Assembly: GCA_030704615.1 (NCBI GenBank)
Contig: CM060731.1
Coordinates: forward strand, 71,114,001 to 71,178,000
Direction: 5' to 3'
DNA length: 64,000 nt
Source: Takakia lepidozioides
Taxonomy: Eukaryota; Plantae; Bryophyta
Of this stretch, positions 41,565-52,431 are shown piece after piece; position 1 is the first letter of the stretch; each line of letters starts with the position of its first letter. The notes under the pieces are model-generated. The model was given only the letters and a program-made list of their open reading frames with translations. It was not told the origin of the DNA and did no database searches. The position numbers and the translations under genes are program-made.

Positions 41565-42540
41565 ATGGGTTAGTGAGGATTGTGGAACCCCAGGTGAATC
41601 ACAGACCCCTACACTTGTTATCGATGTCAACTAAGAACCTCAAAAACAAGAGAAAAAGACATGAAGTAAAAGGGAACCCTAATCACCAAAAGCACCTTGA
41701 GCGATTGGGGAAGGTAACACTGCGCCATCGCCACCAACACGCCACCTCCAGCACAGCTAAGGAGAAGCAAAGCATACAAATGCTAGGTCTAAGAAGGGAG
41801 AGGGAGCGATATACTTCCCCATCAAAGCGCCGCTGCGAAACATAAAAGCCAGATGAAGGAAAGGGATGATGCCATCACAGCGGGTTCTCCCGCCTGTGAG
41901 AAGAGACAAGACGCCGCCATTGCGCGTCCCCAGGAGTTCGTCCGGCATGAAGCAGCAGACAGGGTAGCAGCAGAGCTCAGACGCCATAACTCGCGAGCTC
42001 AGCAGCACGAGGAATGCAGCTGACAGCGGGAGAGACACCCTAGGGCAGAGCCCGATTTTTCATCCGGAGGCTGAATAATCAATACCCTTTCTCTTAAGAA
42101 CCCGACGGATGTCATCCGTTAGCTAGGTTTAAACAGTAGATTATAGGGTAGGAGTTAGGGTTTCACTCCTTAATTAGCAGTAATTAAGGGTAATTAAAAA
42201 AATCTCCATGGCCATCATAAGCTGTTTTTTCATCCGGTCCAGATGAAAAAAAAAAAAAGGTTCATTTGCTTGGATGAGGTCCATTAGCAGGATGAAAAAG
42301 TAGTATACATCATCCAGAGCAGCGGTTTTTCATCCTAACAGGTAATTCGTCATCCCTTAAGAGAAAGCCTCATCTAGTACGGAGAAAAAGCATAAAGGGG
42401 GAATAAAACGAATTCAAATCCTGGTATTTTTCATCCGGCATGGATGGAAAATTTATAGATAGGATGCCAGTGTCATAACCCTTATGGAGGTAATTCCTCA
42501 TTCTCTGGTGACTTATCTGATATAGATAAAAGTCAAAAAA
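41565..42540 (+). repeat. ~975-bp segment duplicated in inverted orientation at ~59,683-60,652
   Basis: Reverse-complement identity; the same peptides appear in ORFs 41757-42038(-) and 60269-60460(+), and in 41333-41845(+) and 60500-60760(-). Confidence 0.9.
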
Positions 42541-43247
42541 AGAGGAATGAAAAATTACAGATCCTTTTTAAAGGTACTTTATTCTTCCGGTATGGATAGA
42601 AAACCTTTACAAGTCGGGTGAGAACACCTTTTAGAGTCCATCTGGTATAGATGGAAAATCATGAAAAGACCACTGATGCAACCGGCCAGTTCCGAGGAGG
42701 GAGACAGAGGGAGTGAGGGGGCAACAAAGAAAAAACAAAAAGGTGGGGGGGGGGGAGTGACTGAGCAGCTGCTACTCAGTCACTCCCCCCCCCCCACCTT
42801 CCTCATTTTCTTTTTGTTTCCTGATCTCTCCCTCTCACTCCTCTCTCTGTCCTTCTCTGTCCCTCTCTCCCTCTCCCTCTATAAATCTTTGGATTTCATC
42901 TGGCCTTAACCTTTTGAGGTTATTTAGTTTTTCATCCCTGCCTTTTTCATCCAAATCTGGATGATTTTATTTTATTGGATGATGAAACTTAATATACAGA
43001 AAGCTAGAGTTACCATCTATTTTTTTCATCTAAACTGGATGATCTACATAAATAATGGTTACCTATTATAAAATCCAAGAGAATAATAAAACTACCATCA
43101 TAAATGATGGCAGTTATTAAACCTAAACCTATACCATAACCCTAAAAGATACATTTCTATGGGATGTCATCCAGTGACAAAATGCCTATCTTGGTAAAAT
43201 GTGATATTTCATCCATCCTGGATGAAAAATCGGGAAGTTTTGCCCTA
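42041..43247. mobile_element. Non-autonomous TIR element, hAT-like, with dense GGATGA/TCATCC subterminal motifs
   Basis: Left end TAGGGCAGAGCCCGATTTTTCATCC; right end GGATGAAAAATCGGGAAGTTTTGCCCTA. No 8-bp TSD is recognisable. Confidence 0.6.
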
Positions 43248-43600
43248 AGCGGGCCGACACACTTCAAGCACTGAACTCGTGCTTCAGTGAACCTTGATGA
43301 TGCGCCGTATAAACCTGCTCCCCTGCTGCTACATGGTACTCGTGATTGCTAGCTCTTGGGATGCGCAGTGGTGGTTAAACAGATTCTTCTATGGCAGACG
43401 ACAAAGCCGTGATTGCTCTGATCAGGAACTCATGGTTCTTTATTTTGCAGCGGCGCTTTTACTCCTTGTTGGGAAGTACTCTATCCCTATTTATCTACAG
43501 ATTACTTGTTGCTCTCTCTTCGTGTATGAGCCACTCTCTAGCTGTGAACGCTTCTACTCTGATTGCGTTCTGTTGGAGACAATCTGTTGGACGCCATGGC
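42860..43600 (+). repeat. ~740-bp direct repeat, second copy at ~54,368-55,108, bracketing the Penelope-like element
   Basis: Near-identical at a constant offset of 11,508 bp; both copies end at gacgccatggc. Confidence 0.93.
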
Positions 43601-44252
43601 ACGGACAGATCTTTAAAAATCTCATTTTTGGTATGTTCCTCTACTTTGCATGTGCAGATGCGTTGTTTGGTCTTGAGGATGGTTGTAGACAAATTGAAAC
43701 TCATGCCCATGGCAGGAAATTCATAAAACAGGCAGCAAAACCTGCTCCCTTGGGATTCATTCATATGTTGTACCCAAACCGTGGTATGGAGTGGATAAAC
43801 CCTAGGAACTTGATAAAAGAAGCTTTTTTGGAATTTGGACAAAATGACTTGGCTATTCTCATCGATGAGATAGTCTTTGGATGGACATATCATAAACAAA
43901 GCAGCTCTGAATACTATCAGCCTGCTGCTGTTTTCCGTGATTTTTGCTTTATGCAAGACCTGATTCACTCACCAGATTGTCTATGTGACAGTGCCAAGAG
44001 ATTTCATGATTTTCGGGATGCGGATACAAAAACAGAATTCCATCTATCTGGTTCTATACCTACGCAACACGTACGTACCATGGACCTAAATATTATTAGA
44101 CACGCAAGGCTGAAAGAACTATTCAGCCTAGGTATGAATCACATCCCTCTCAAACGTACTTTGCTGAAAGACGTTGTTGAACAAGTGTCTCTGGCTTTCC
44201 ATAGAACTTGTGAAATTTTACATATAGACCCATGTGAATCTTGGGCAGCATC

Positions 44253-44916
44253 TGCGGCACAGCATTTCCGCCAGCGTCAGACGTTAATACTCTACAGAAC
44301 GGAAATGCGGTACCGCATTTCCATTCTGACTGAAAATCGTGCGCAACGGGAACAGAAATGCGACACTGCATTTCCGTTCGAGTCGCACCTTCCGACATTC
44401 TAGAACGGAAATGCGGCGCCGCATTTCCGTTTTGTATATTGGGCCTGGAGCTGTGCTACGGAAATGTGTTGCCGCATTTCCATCCATGTGAGACCTTGAA
44501 ACTTTCCAGACCGGAAATGCGGCACCGCATTTCTGTCCAGGTGAGACCTCTATACTTTCCCGAACGGAAATGTGGCACGGCATTTCCATTCATCAACTAA
44601 CGTATGTGAAGTGGGAACGGAAATGCGGTACCGCATTTCCGTTCACATTGAAAATCATGAACCACGGGAACTGAAATGTTGTGCCTCATTCCCGTCCCAA
44701 TCGCACCTTTCGACATTCCAGAACGGAAATGCGGCGCCGCATTTCCCTTTTGAATCTCATACATGGAGCTGTGGGACGGAAATGCGGCACCGTATTTCCG
44801 TTCAACAACTAAGGTATGTGAAGGTGGAACTGAAATGCGGTGCCGCATTTTCTTCCAACAAGTACGGATGTGTAGCTTTGTGATGGTACTTAACGGAAAT
44901 GCGGCGCCGCATTCGC
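44253..44916. repeat. Phased array of the 22-bp palindrome GGAAATGCGG-YR-CCGCATTTCC, period 53 bp
   Basis: Unit starts at (44248, truncated), 44301, 44354, 44407, 44460, 44513, 44566, 44619, 44672, 44725, 44778, 44831, then 44895. Spacers are 31 bp and variable. Confidence 0.95.
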
Positions 44917-45533
44917 ATTTTTGCTCCAACTGATCAGACGCTGGGACGGAAATACCTTGAAATGTGAACACGTGGAGCAACGGAATTGCTGCACATGTCG
45001 GCACTCTATCTGACTGAAGGGGCATGAGGCGGCGCGGCCTGACCGTTGGATAATGATGTTTGTTTTTTGGACGGCAGGCGTACCCTCAACGATTCGAATT
45101 TCGTAATGACGCAAACTCCACGAGGAGACACTTTCGTCCAACCCTTTCGAACCCAAGTGGTGCATCACCGCCGTTTCATCTACTTTTGTCGTGTCTCCTC
45201 AGTCACCCCTCTCGCGCCCTTTCCATCTGCACTCTTTGCCCCTTTTCCCTCTCTCTGTTCTTCTTATGCTCGAACCTGAGAGGGGGGGAGTTCGTGCACC
45301 AGACAGGAGACCTCATCGCAAGCTCCGGAAATTATACTTCGGACGTAGGCCAATGCCGAAGGGGAGGAAGCAGATGCGTCTACAGGAGGAGATTGCCATC
45401 TCCGGGCAGCAGGCCACTCAGGCAACCCAGCCACTAGTGAGAGCTCCATGCGATCGGGCTGCGCGCAGCTGATCGAGCACCGAACCCCCCATTTTGCTTC
45501 TGTAATTCTTAGACTGAATGCTAGGAGACTTGA

Positions 45534-48500
45534 ATGCAGAACATGTTTGCATGCCTAACAGGAAAAGTGGACGTGCTGGAGGGATCGCAGGAATCCGAAG
45601 AGCCGCAGCAAGAGTCCGAGGAGCTAGCTGCAGCACGTACACCCACCCGATCCCCGAGCGCGGGTATTCCTGCCGGGCCTAGCCCTCTGCGATTCAAAAA
45701 CGCGTCTTCGAAGGGCAAGTTCAAAGTCGCAGAGATCGACTCGCGTTCTTCGATCATGGAGAATCGCCAGCAGGGGTCGGGCCCTTCTCTAGCAAAGTCG
45801 AAGAAGAAGCAGCCCGTCCCTCTACTGGCTTCTGAACCGGCTCAGGCCGATTCACCCCCCCCCAACGCGAATGAAGCAGCAGGGTAGAAGACAGATTCAA
45901 TTGCAGCCGACACCTTCACCTGCAAGGATGAGGAAGCAGAAGGCAATCAGGACGACGGGTGAACAATCTCCCGCAAAACCGCTTCCACGAGCTGAAGCTC
46001 AGTTCCTGGAGGATTTCCCGCCTGCAGATGTTGGGGCCGACTCTGCTGCAGCGAAGGCAATGGGATCGTCCGTTTCTGTCGATTTGGTACCGGAGGAGGG
46101 TGCTGCCGCTGAACGTTCGCAGGCAGACCTCACCACCGATGAGCAAGCAGGCCCGGAGGAGGCCTCTGCAATGGCAGAATTGCCCGCAGACAGGCCCCAG
46201 AGTGCAGCTCCAGTTGAGGATGCTCCAGCTGCTCAGCCACTACCGGCACCTACAGACATGTCTCCGGAGGATTTCAAAAGTGCAGCGGATAAAATGTTGG
46301 AGGAGACACACAGTAGCATTGGCAGAGTTCTGGGCAGCAGGGTATTCCAGCGGACTCTTCGAATCCCACTCTGTCGCATGGTCTCCCTTCCCATCGTCGG
46401 GCAGGCCCTTCCCGGAGATGTGGATAAGCTCAAGTTCGCATTTCGAGAAGGGTACCGTCTGGGATCGGCAGCGTTTTACGTTTCCATTCAGAATGAGGAC
46501 GGCGAAACTCGTGGACCCACTGCCGATGAATTGTCAACGTGGGATACCCACTGGCACACTCGCAACCACGAATTCGAGGCGACGCTGAAGGGTGATCCCG
46601 ACTTCGGCCATATGTCGGGTAAAATGTTCTTTGTGTGGGACGGGAATCACCGACTTCTCGCCTGGTGGGAGTACATCAAGCAGAACCATGCCAAGCACAT
46701 TGGCTGGCATTACATGGTGGAGTGTGTCATCCTCAAGGTGAAGGCGGCAGACTCCTCCCTGCTCAAGAATGCCATGGCGGACCTCAACTCGTAAGATACT
46801 CATACCCTCCCTAGCACGTTCGAAATGCGGTGCCGCATTTCGGTTTCCATTCTGGTTTGTTTCCGTGCTTCCGTGTACTGAACTGGAGAGTGTGCCTTGC
46901 AGGGTCACTGAAAATGCGTACGTGCATACCCACATGGCACACATGCTGTACAGGGTGAGGAAAACTGGTCTCACTGATCCGCAGATGTTTGCGGAAATGC
47001 TGGAGCCCGAGCTCATTCAGAAAGCCGTTGCAAAAACAGACTGGACATGGTATCGTCTCACTATGGATGGAATGGTGGAGGTGATATAAAAAGTAAGTCG
47101 TCCTCCAATTTCCCTCTGCTCATTCTTCCCCAATTTTCAGTAATGTTTCCACATGAATCGAATGTAACGCTTCTGCATGTTTTTGTTGGCAGTCAAACAT
47201 CAAGCTGGATTTGGCCCATGCCAAACGCTTCTTCATGGAAAGTGAGGGGCAGGTGAAAACGTTGCAGTCATTGACTGAGCACTTGAAGGAAGCCGGTGTC
47301 AAGTCCAGAACCAAATACAAGTCAAAGCTTGTGAAGCTGGTGGCAATTGCAGATCCGGCACTTGGAAAGGACTTCATCCCCGAGATTGCAAAACACTATT
47401 CTCGGGCCATGCAGCCGACCATGCAATTGGAGAAACTGCATCACCTCTCAACGGCATGTGTGGAGGCGAAAGAGAAGGTGAGGTTTCAATGCACTGAAGT
47501 TCCTTCCTAGCAATAGCCACTCTCTTCCAGCTCCTGACATTGGATCGGAAATGGCAAACATGGTGGCTGTCGATCTGGAATGCATCCGAGAGCATAAGGA
47601 CAATGTGGTCTTTTCCACTCGAAGTTTCCGACCCTGCAGTGGATGTGTGGCTCAACTGTATGACTTGGTGGTTCCAGGTAATTCAAGGTACTTCCCCAGA
47701 TTTGCTTTTCTGACATGAATTCCCTGAACTGCTACGTGACAATGGATTTGGGAATCGCAGGTAATGTCGAATGCGAAGGAGCAAGTCGTAATGCACACAA
47801 ATTTGTTTGGCTTGTACGTCAAATGGGATGGAACACAGACATTGGAAGACTACGTGACACGTTTCAGATGTGCGTACAAGGACAACCTTTTCGCCAGAGA
47901 GCTACAGACAGCAAGAAGGAGCGTGGAGTTTACACATCAGGAGGGAGCGGGGAAAGCTGCAATGCGAATTGTTTACAGGTGAAGCACAGCTGCCCTTGTA
48001 TGCGAAGCCTGGTTACGAGGTTTGTCTCGGAAATGCGGCACCGCATTCGCATTTTATGTTTTCGGTGGCACTCTGCCAGTAGGTTGGTCTCAACTTTTGC
48101 TCACGCATGCTGACTGCCTTGCAGGTATATGAAATACGTGCTCCTTCAGACAGGGGCCCTGGCTCAAGAGCCCCCGTTCTTCATGGCTTGGACCGTGGCG
48201 AGCCCAAGCTGTGTCTACACACCCGAGATGCAGAAACAATGGCATCCCGCGCATCTCGTTGGATGCCCGTGGTACCTGGACATGTCTGGCGGTATTGTTG
48301 ACGAGTCTGAGAAAGATCTGCACGCCTTGGCAGAAGAGAAGAGAAAGGAAAGACGTGTCCCTGCTGGGCCAAAGTTGGCAAAGGAATCTGCTGCTCTGGA
48401 AGAATCCAGAAAGGCAGCTGAGATGGCACAAAAGACGGTGGATGCAGCTGTGCAGGCCCAACAGAAGGGGTCGAAGAAGAGGACTCGCCAGCAAGGAGCA

Positions 48501-50477
48501 ACTGTTGTGACACCCGCCAAAACAAAGAAGCAGAAACAGCCTATTCAGGAAGAGGGTGAGGAAGAGGACTCCGATGGAGACTTTGCAACCAGCCCACCCC
48601 CCCAAACGCAGGCTGCCTCCCCTGTGCCCACCGTTGTCACGAGAGGCATGAGAACTGGCTCGGCAAAGAAGGCACTCTTCAACCCCCCAGGGGGCACCCT
48701 TTCGAGCCGGTGGAAATGAAGAGGCCGAAAGTGGCTCCCGAAACAGTAGTCCAGTGTGTAAATGAGAGTTTCTTGGCGGCTTTGGATGGATGGGCAGCGA
48801 AGTTGGCATACATGAAGACCATGGAGGGTCTGAAGGGCAGAGCACTGAAGAAGGCGACTGCCGAAGAGCCTTCCGACACCCCAGGATTTCAGAATATGGT
48901 CTCGTTCTTTGAGAGGGTGTGTGCAGACAAGGATTGTAGGAGGGGCGGAAATGCCACCGAGTGGTCTTGCGATATGATCATCTTGGATATTCCGGACGGA
49001 GAGCCTGTGGAAGGACTGCAAGCTTTGCCATCTTGGAACAGGTACTCGGAGGACTTTTGGAAGAAAGGATTCGGGCTTGCCCGCATGGTGTTGGATGACA
49101 GAGGCTGTGTGGTTGTCCTGGCAAGCAGAGGAAAAAACACTCAGACAGGAATTGCGAAGTGGACCCGCAAGAGCGCCGTCCCGATTCTGAAAAAGAAGTG
49201 GACGTGCATCAACACACTGGGCCTTTGGTCGGAAGGGAAGAAGGTGATTACGACACTGGCACTCGTCCATTCATTTGCTTGGGTGTTTTCAAATGCGGTG
49301 CCGCATTCGGTTTCTAATCGTTTTCCCCCTGTGTATGCAGACGAAGCAGTTCGATGCATACTGCTTTGTGAAGGAGAACTCCACCTTTGCTTTCCGGAAG
49401 GAGGGAGGAAAGGTTGACCCGAACTGCGACCCACTCGATTACGACGTTCTGTTCAACAACGTTCCGAAGGAACTTCTCCCTCATAGCCTCACTTCAACGG
49501 AACCCCTGCGGTACTCACGGACTCGGAGCCCTGCCTTCATTCAGACAATTATGGAGACATGCACAGACGTGGAGGGCACAGTGCTCGACCTCATCTGTGG
49601 GACAGGTATGCAGAATCTTGATCTATGCTGTTCTGCAAATTCTCGTTAGGATGTAGTTCGCAACATCTGAAGCGCCATGTGGTAATGTGTGGATGGCATT
49701 GTAACAGGTGCCTCAATGTGGGCTGGGCGGTTTTCCGACCGGCACCTCTTTGCCTACGAGGAGGATTCATCCGTGTGGGGATCCCATCTGGAGGGGCTGC
49801 AACGGAATGTGAAGGCTCCCGACAGAGCGGAAGTCTCCTCGGATTCGTCGGAGTCCGAGGAAGACACAGTGGACATTGATGCGGAGGAGAACCCGGAATA
49901 CGAGTGAGTGCAAACATTGTAAGTTTGCAAAGCCTTCTGGGTCATTTATGTCAAACGAATTTCCCGACTGTGGTTCTCATTAGTCTCGTTGATGATTGTC
50001 ATGTGCAGGATTGCAGGGTCCGGGTCGAAACATGTAGGGCCTACACTTCCTGCCAGGAAGAATGTCCCGTTCTTTGCGAGGGCCGACTTCATGACGAGCC
50101 CGGTGAGGGACTACTCCCTTCCTAGTTATGCAGCTAAACTCGCAAATACAGCGATTAGAAGAAGTGAGAATCCCAGTAAAGTAGAGCAGATTTTGGAGAG
50201 GGCTAGGGAGGACAGAAGGATAAGGAAAGAGTTGGCAGCAGCTCAGACAGGTAGACGGGTACGAAAGTACATATGTGATTCAGCGGATGAGAGCGACGCA
50301 GACAGGGAGGAAGACGACCCAACGGAGGTGAGATGGACAGTTCCGCAAGGGGAAGATGGGAATTTCGAAAGCCTGGCGAATGAGCAGTCCGCTGGAGATG
50401 AGAAAGGCACTGAGGGGGTGGAGGCGGAGCAGGACAGTCTAGAACAGGATGAGGATTCCGATGATTTTCAAGATTAA
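45534..50477 (+). CDS. Multi-exon gene, disrupted in this copy: ParB/Srx-like domain plus beta-class N6-adenine/N4-cytosine DNA methyltransferase-like domain and an acidic tail
   Basis: FFVWDGNHRLLAW at ~46,627-46,665; CDMIILDIPDG at 48,968-49,000; ARMVLDDRGCVVV; spliced RSPAFIQTIMETCTDVEGTVLDLICGTG/ASMWAGRFSDRHLFAYEED across intron 49,606-49,707. GT-AG introns at 46,792-46,902, 49,244-49,340 and 49,903-50,008. Stops or frameshifts near 45,886, 45,958, 47,980 and 48,692. Confidence 0.72.
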
Positions 50478-50613
50478 TAGAATTTTAATGAAGTCTCTGT
50501 AAATGTAAATTCTCTTCCAGAGTATATAAAGGAAATTCTGCCAGACATTCGTGACCCCTCTCCAGTGTGCATTCCAGCCACACAATCGCTCAAACCACGA
50601 CGCTCCCAAAATC

Positions 50614-51315
50614 AGAAATGGTGCAGCGCATTTCCAAAATTTTGGCAACTCTAAGAACCTCTTTTGGAAATGCGGCACCGCATTTCCAAAACAGGGGAGG
50701 GAGTAAATTTTCCATTTCAATGTTGGCATAGTAAAAAGTAATCTGAATTGGAAATGCGGTGCCGCATTTCCAAAATTTCCTTTGTCCACACGCCAGTTTT
50801 GGCCTCTCCCGCTCATTGCATGGATGCCACCACGCTTACAGAGGTCGAACAAGGAGGTCGAACAAGGAGGTCAAGATGGCAGAATTGAAAATGCGGTGCC
50901 GCATTTCAGTATTGGGGATGGTCGTTGTTCGAACTGCAGGCCCATCAGCAAAAATTGGCACCGCATTCCATTGTTAAAAAAAAGTCGATGACGGACATGG
51001 AAATGCGGCGCCGCATTTCCAGAACGGACATCGCAATTTGTCCATTTGCAGACCCTCTCTCGGAAATGCGGTAACGCATTCCATCGCGCTGGTCGGAAAT
51101 GTCACACTTTTCGAAGTGTTGTACGGAAATGCGGCACCGCATTCCCTTGTCCAAAAAGAAGTTTCCATTGCCAAGCTGGAAATGCGTCGCCGCATTTGCA
51201 ATGCCAACCTCGTTTTCTGACCAATTTATAGACCCGTGTTGGTATTTCGTGTACCTGGACGGAAATGATGCACCGCATTTTCTTGTCCGACATGGAAATG
51301 CGGGGCCGCATTTCA
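50614..51315. repeat. Second, looser cluster of the same 22-bp palindrome
   Basis: Copies at 50614, 50666, 50750, 50887, ~50950, 50999, 51062, 51125, 51178, 51261 and 51294. Confidence 0.92.
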
Positions 51316-51571
51316 ATGTCCGACATGGCGTTACTCTGGTATATTCTTGACACATGACTCACATACCGGTTACTCTGCTATATTCATCCGGACAGACACA
51401 TTGTAGAAATGAGACATCAAATTGTAAACAGTGGGCCAATTCCGACAGTTATTCAACACAATGAAACACAATCATACAGAAGTGAGGTACGATGGGTTTA
51501 TTGATCGGACATGATGTCTCACATTTACCAACTGCAGACAAAACTAAGCCCTTCCTCCTTCTACATGGGCT

Positions 51572-52271
51572 TCACCAAGTCGACGGAACTTCGATACCCC
51601 TCAAAACAAGCTCATCACTGCTGCGGCACCTCGAGGTAAACTGCAATTCGGTCGTTCTGCTGCCCTTGCTGGAGCCGACGACAATGTCATGTCCATCAAT
51701 GATACCACCATCATACATTGACAAGGTCACTGTGGGCCTCATGTGCCCGTGCGATTCGTCTTCGCAACGCAGCCGAATGTCTCCATACACTGGAAGAGCG
51801 GAGTGATCTGCACGTATATAGTTTTCCCCGGTGCCGTCCTCCCTGGTCCACTGGCAGCAGTTCCAGCGCCAAAGCGAGGCCGTGCGTGATCTATCCGACA
51901 TCCCTTTCCAGCTTGGTATATCGAGGTCAACAATTTTCAGGACCCACGGACCGCATTGACCCTCGCCCTCACCTCGCTCAAAGCGGTAATAGCCCTCCAG
52001 ATACTCTATTGCGCGCAAAGACTCTTGCTTGATTCAGCAGCGTCTGTGAAAACAGAGAGCCAGACATGATGTCTCCTGATTCTGGTTTGAACATAGCATA
52101 ATCGTGGCCATGATAAGGGCAGTCGGCTGGATTTCGGCGGCACGACATCCTTGAAAAAGAGTCGCGGAGTACGCTCAATGACAGCAGCTCCCGGATGGAG
52201 GAGGAGGACCGCGGTGGCTGGAAAAAGTTCAAGCTAACGCTGCAATTCCTCACAAACACTCCAGGGCACAT
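51572..52271 (-). CDS. Unknown protein, paralog A (frameshift near 52,050)
   Basis: ORFs 51978-52271 and 51572-52018 align end to end with ORF 52432-53262 (DCP..G.DYAM...SGDI, EY..G.Y.FERG, RWNCC.WT, P.YGDIR, DGG.I.G.DIVV, ELVLR..EVP). Confidence 0.7.
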
Positions 52272-52431
52272 TTAAATTTCCCCCCTACAGGATCCTGGAC
52301 CGATGAAGATTGGCTGCTGCATGAATGTAGCCGTTTCAGTTTCCTACCCTGCCATGCAAACTATGAGCAGTCACTGCCAGGTGGGCCGATAGCCACTGGA
52401 CACGACGAAGTCCATCCCCTCTTCGATGTAA

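Noticed and set aside
43294-43600. N-terminus of the 369-aa ORF (and ORF 54,802-55,158) as a host membrane protein
   Set aside because: It lies in the duplicated 740-bp repeat and is only fortuitously in frame with the Penelope-like segment.
44253-44916. True CRISPR array
   Set aside because: Eukaryotic context, no cas genes, degenerate repeats, spacers that are duplicates of one another, and the same repeat occurring singly in introns.
44150-45168. ORFs rich in EMRRRIS/KCGAAFP/GNAAPHF (also at 50,439-51,362)
   Set aside because: These are translations of the palindrome array in all frames and on both strands, not real proteins.
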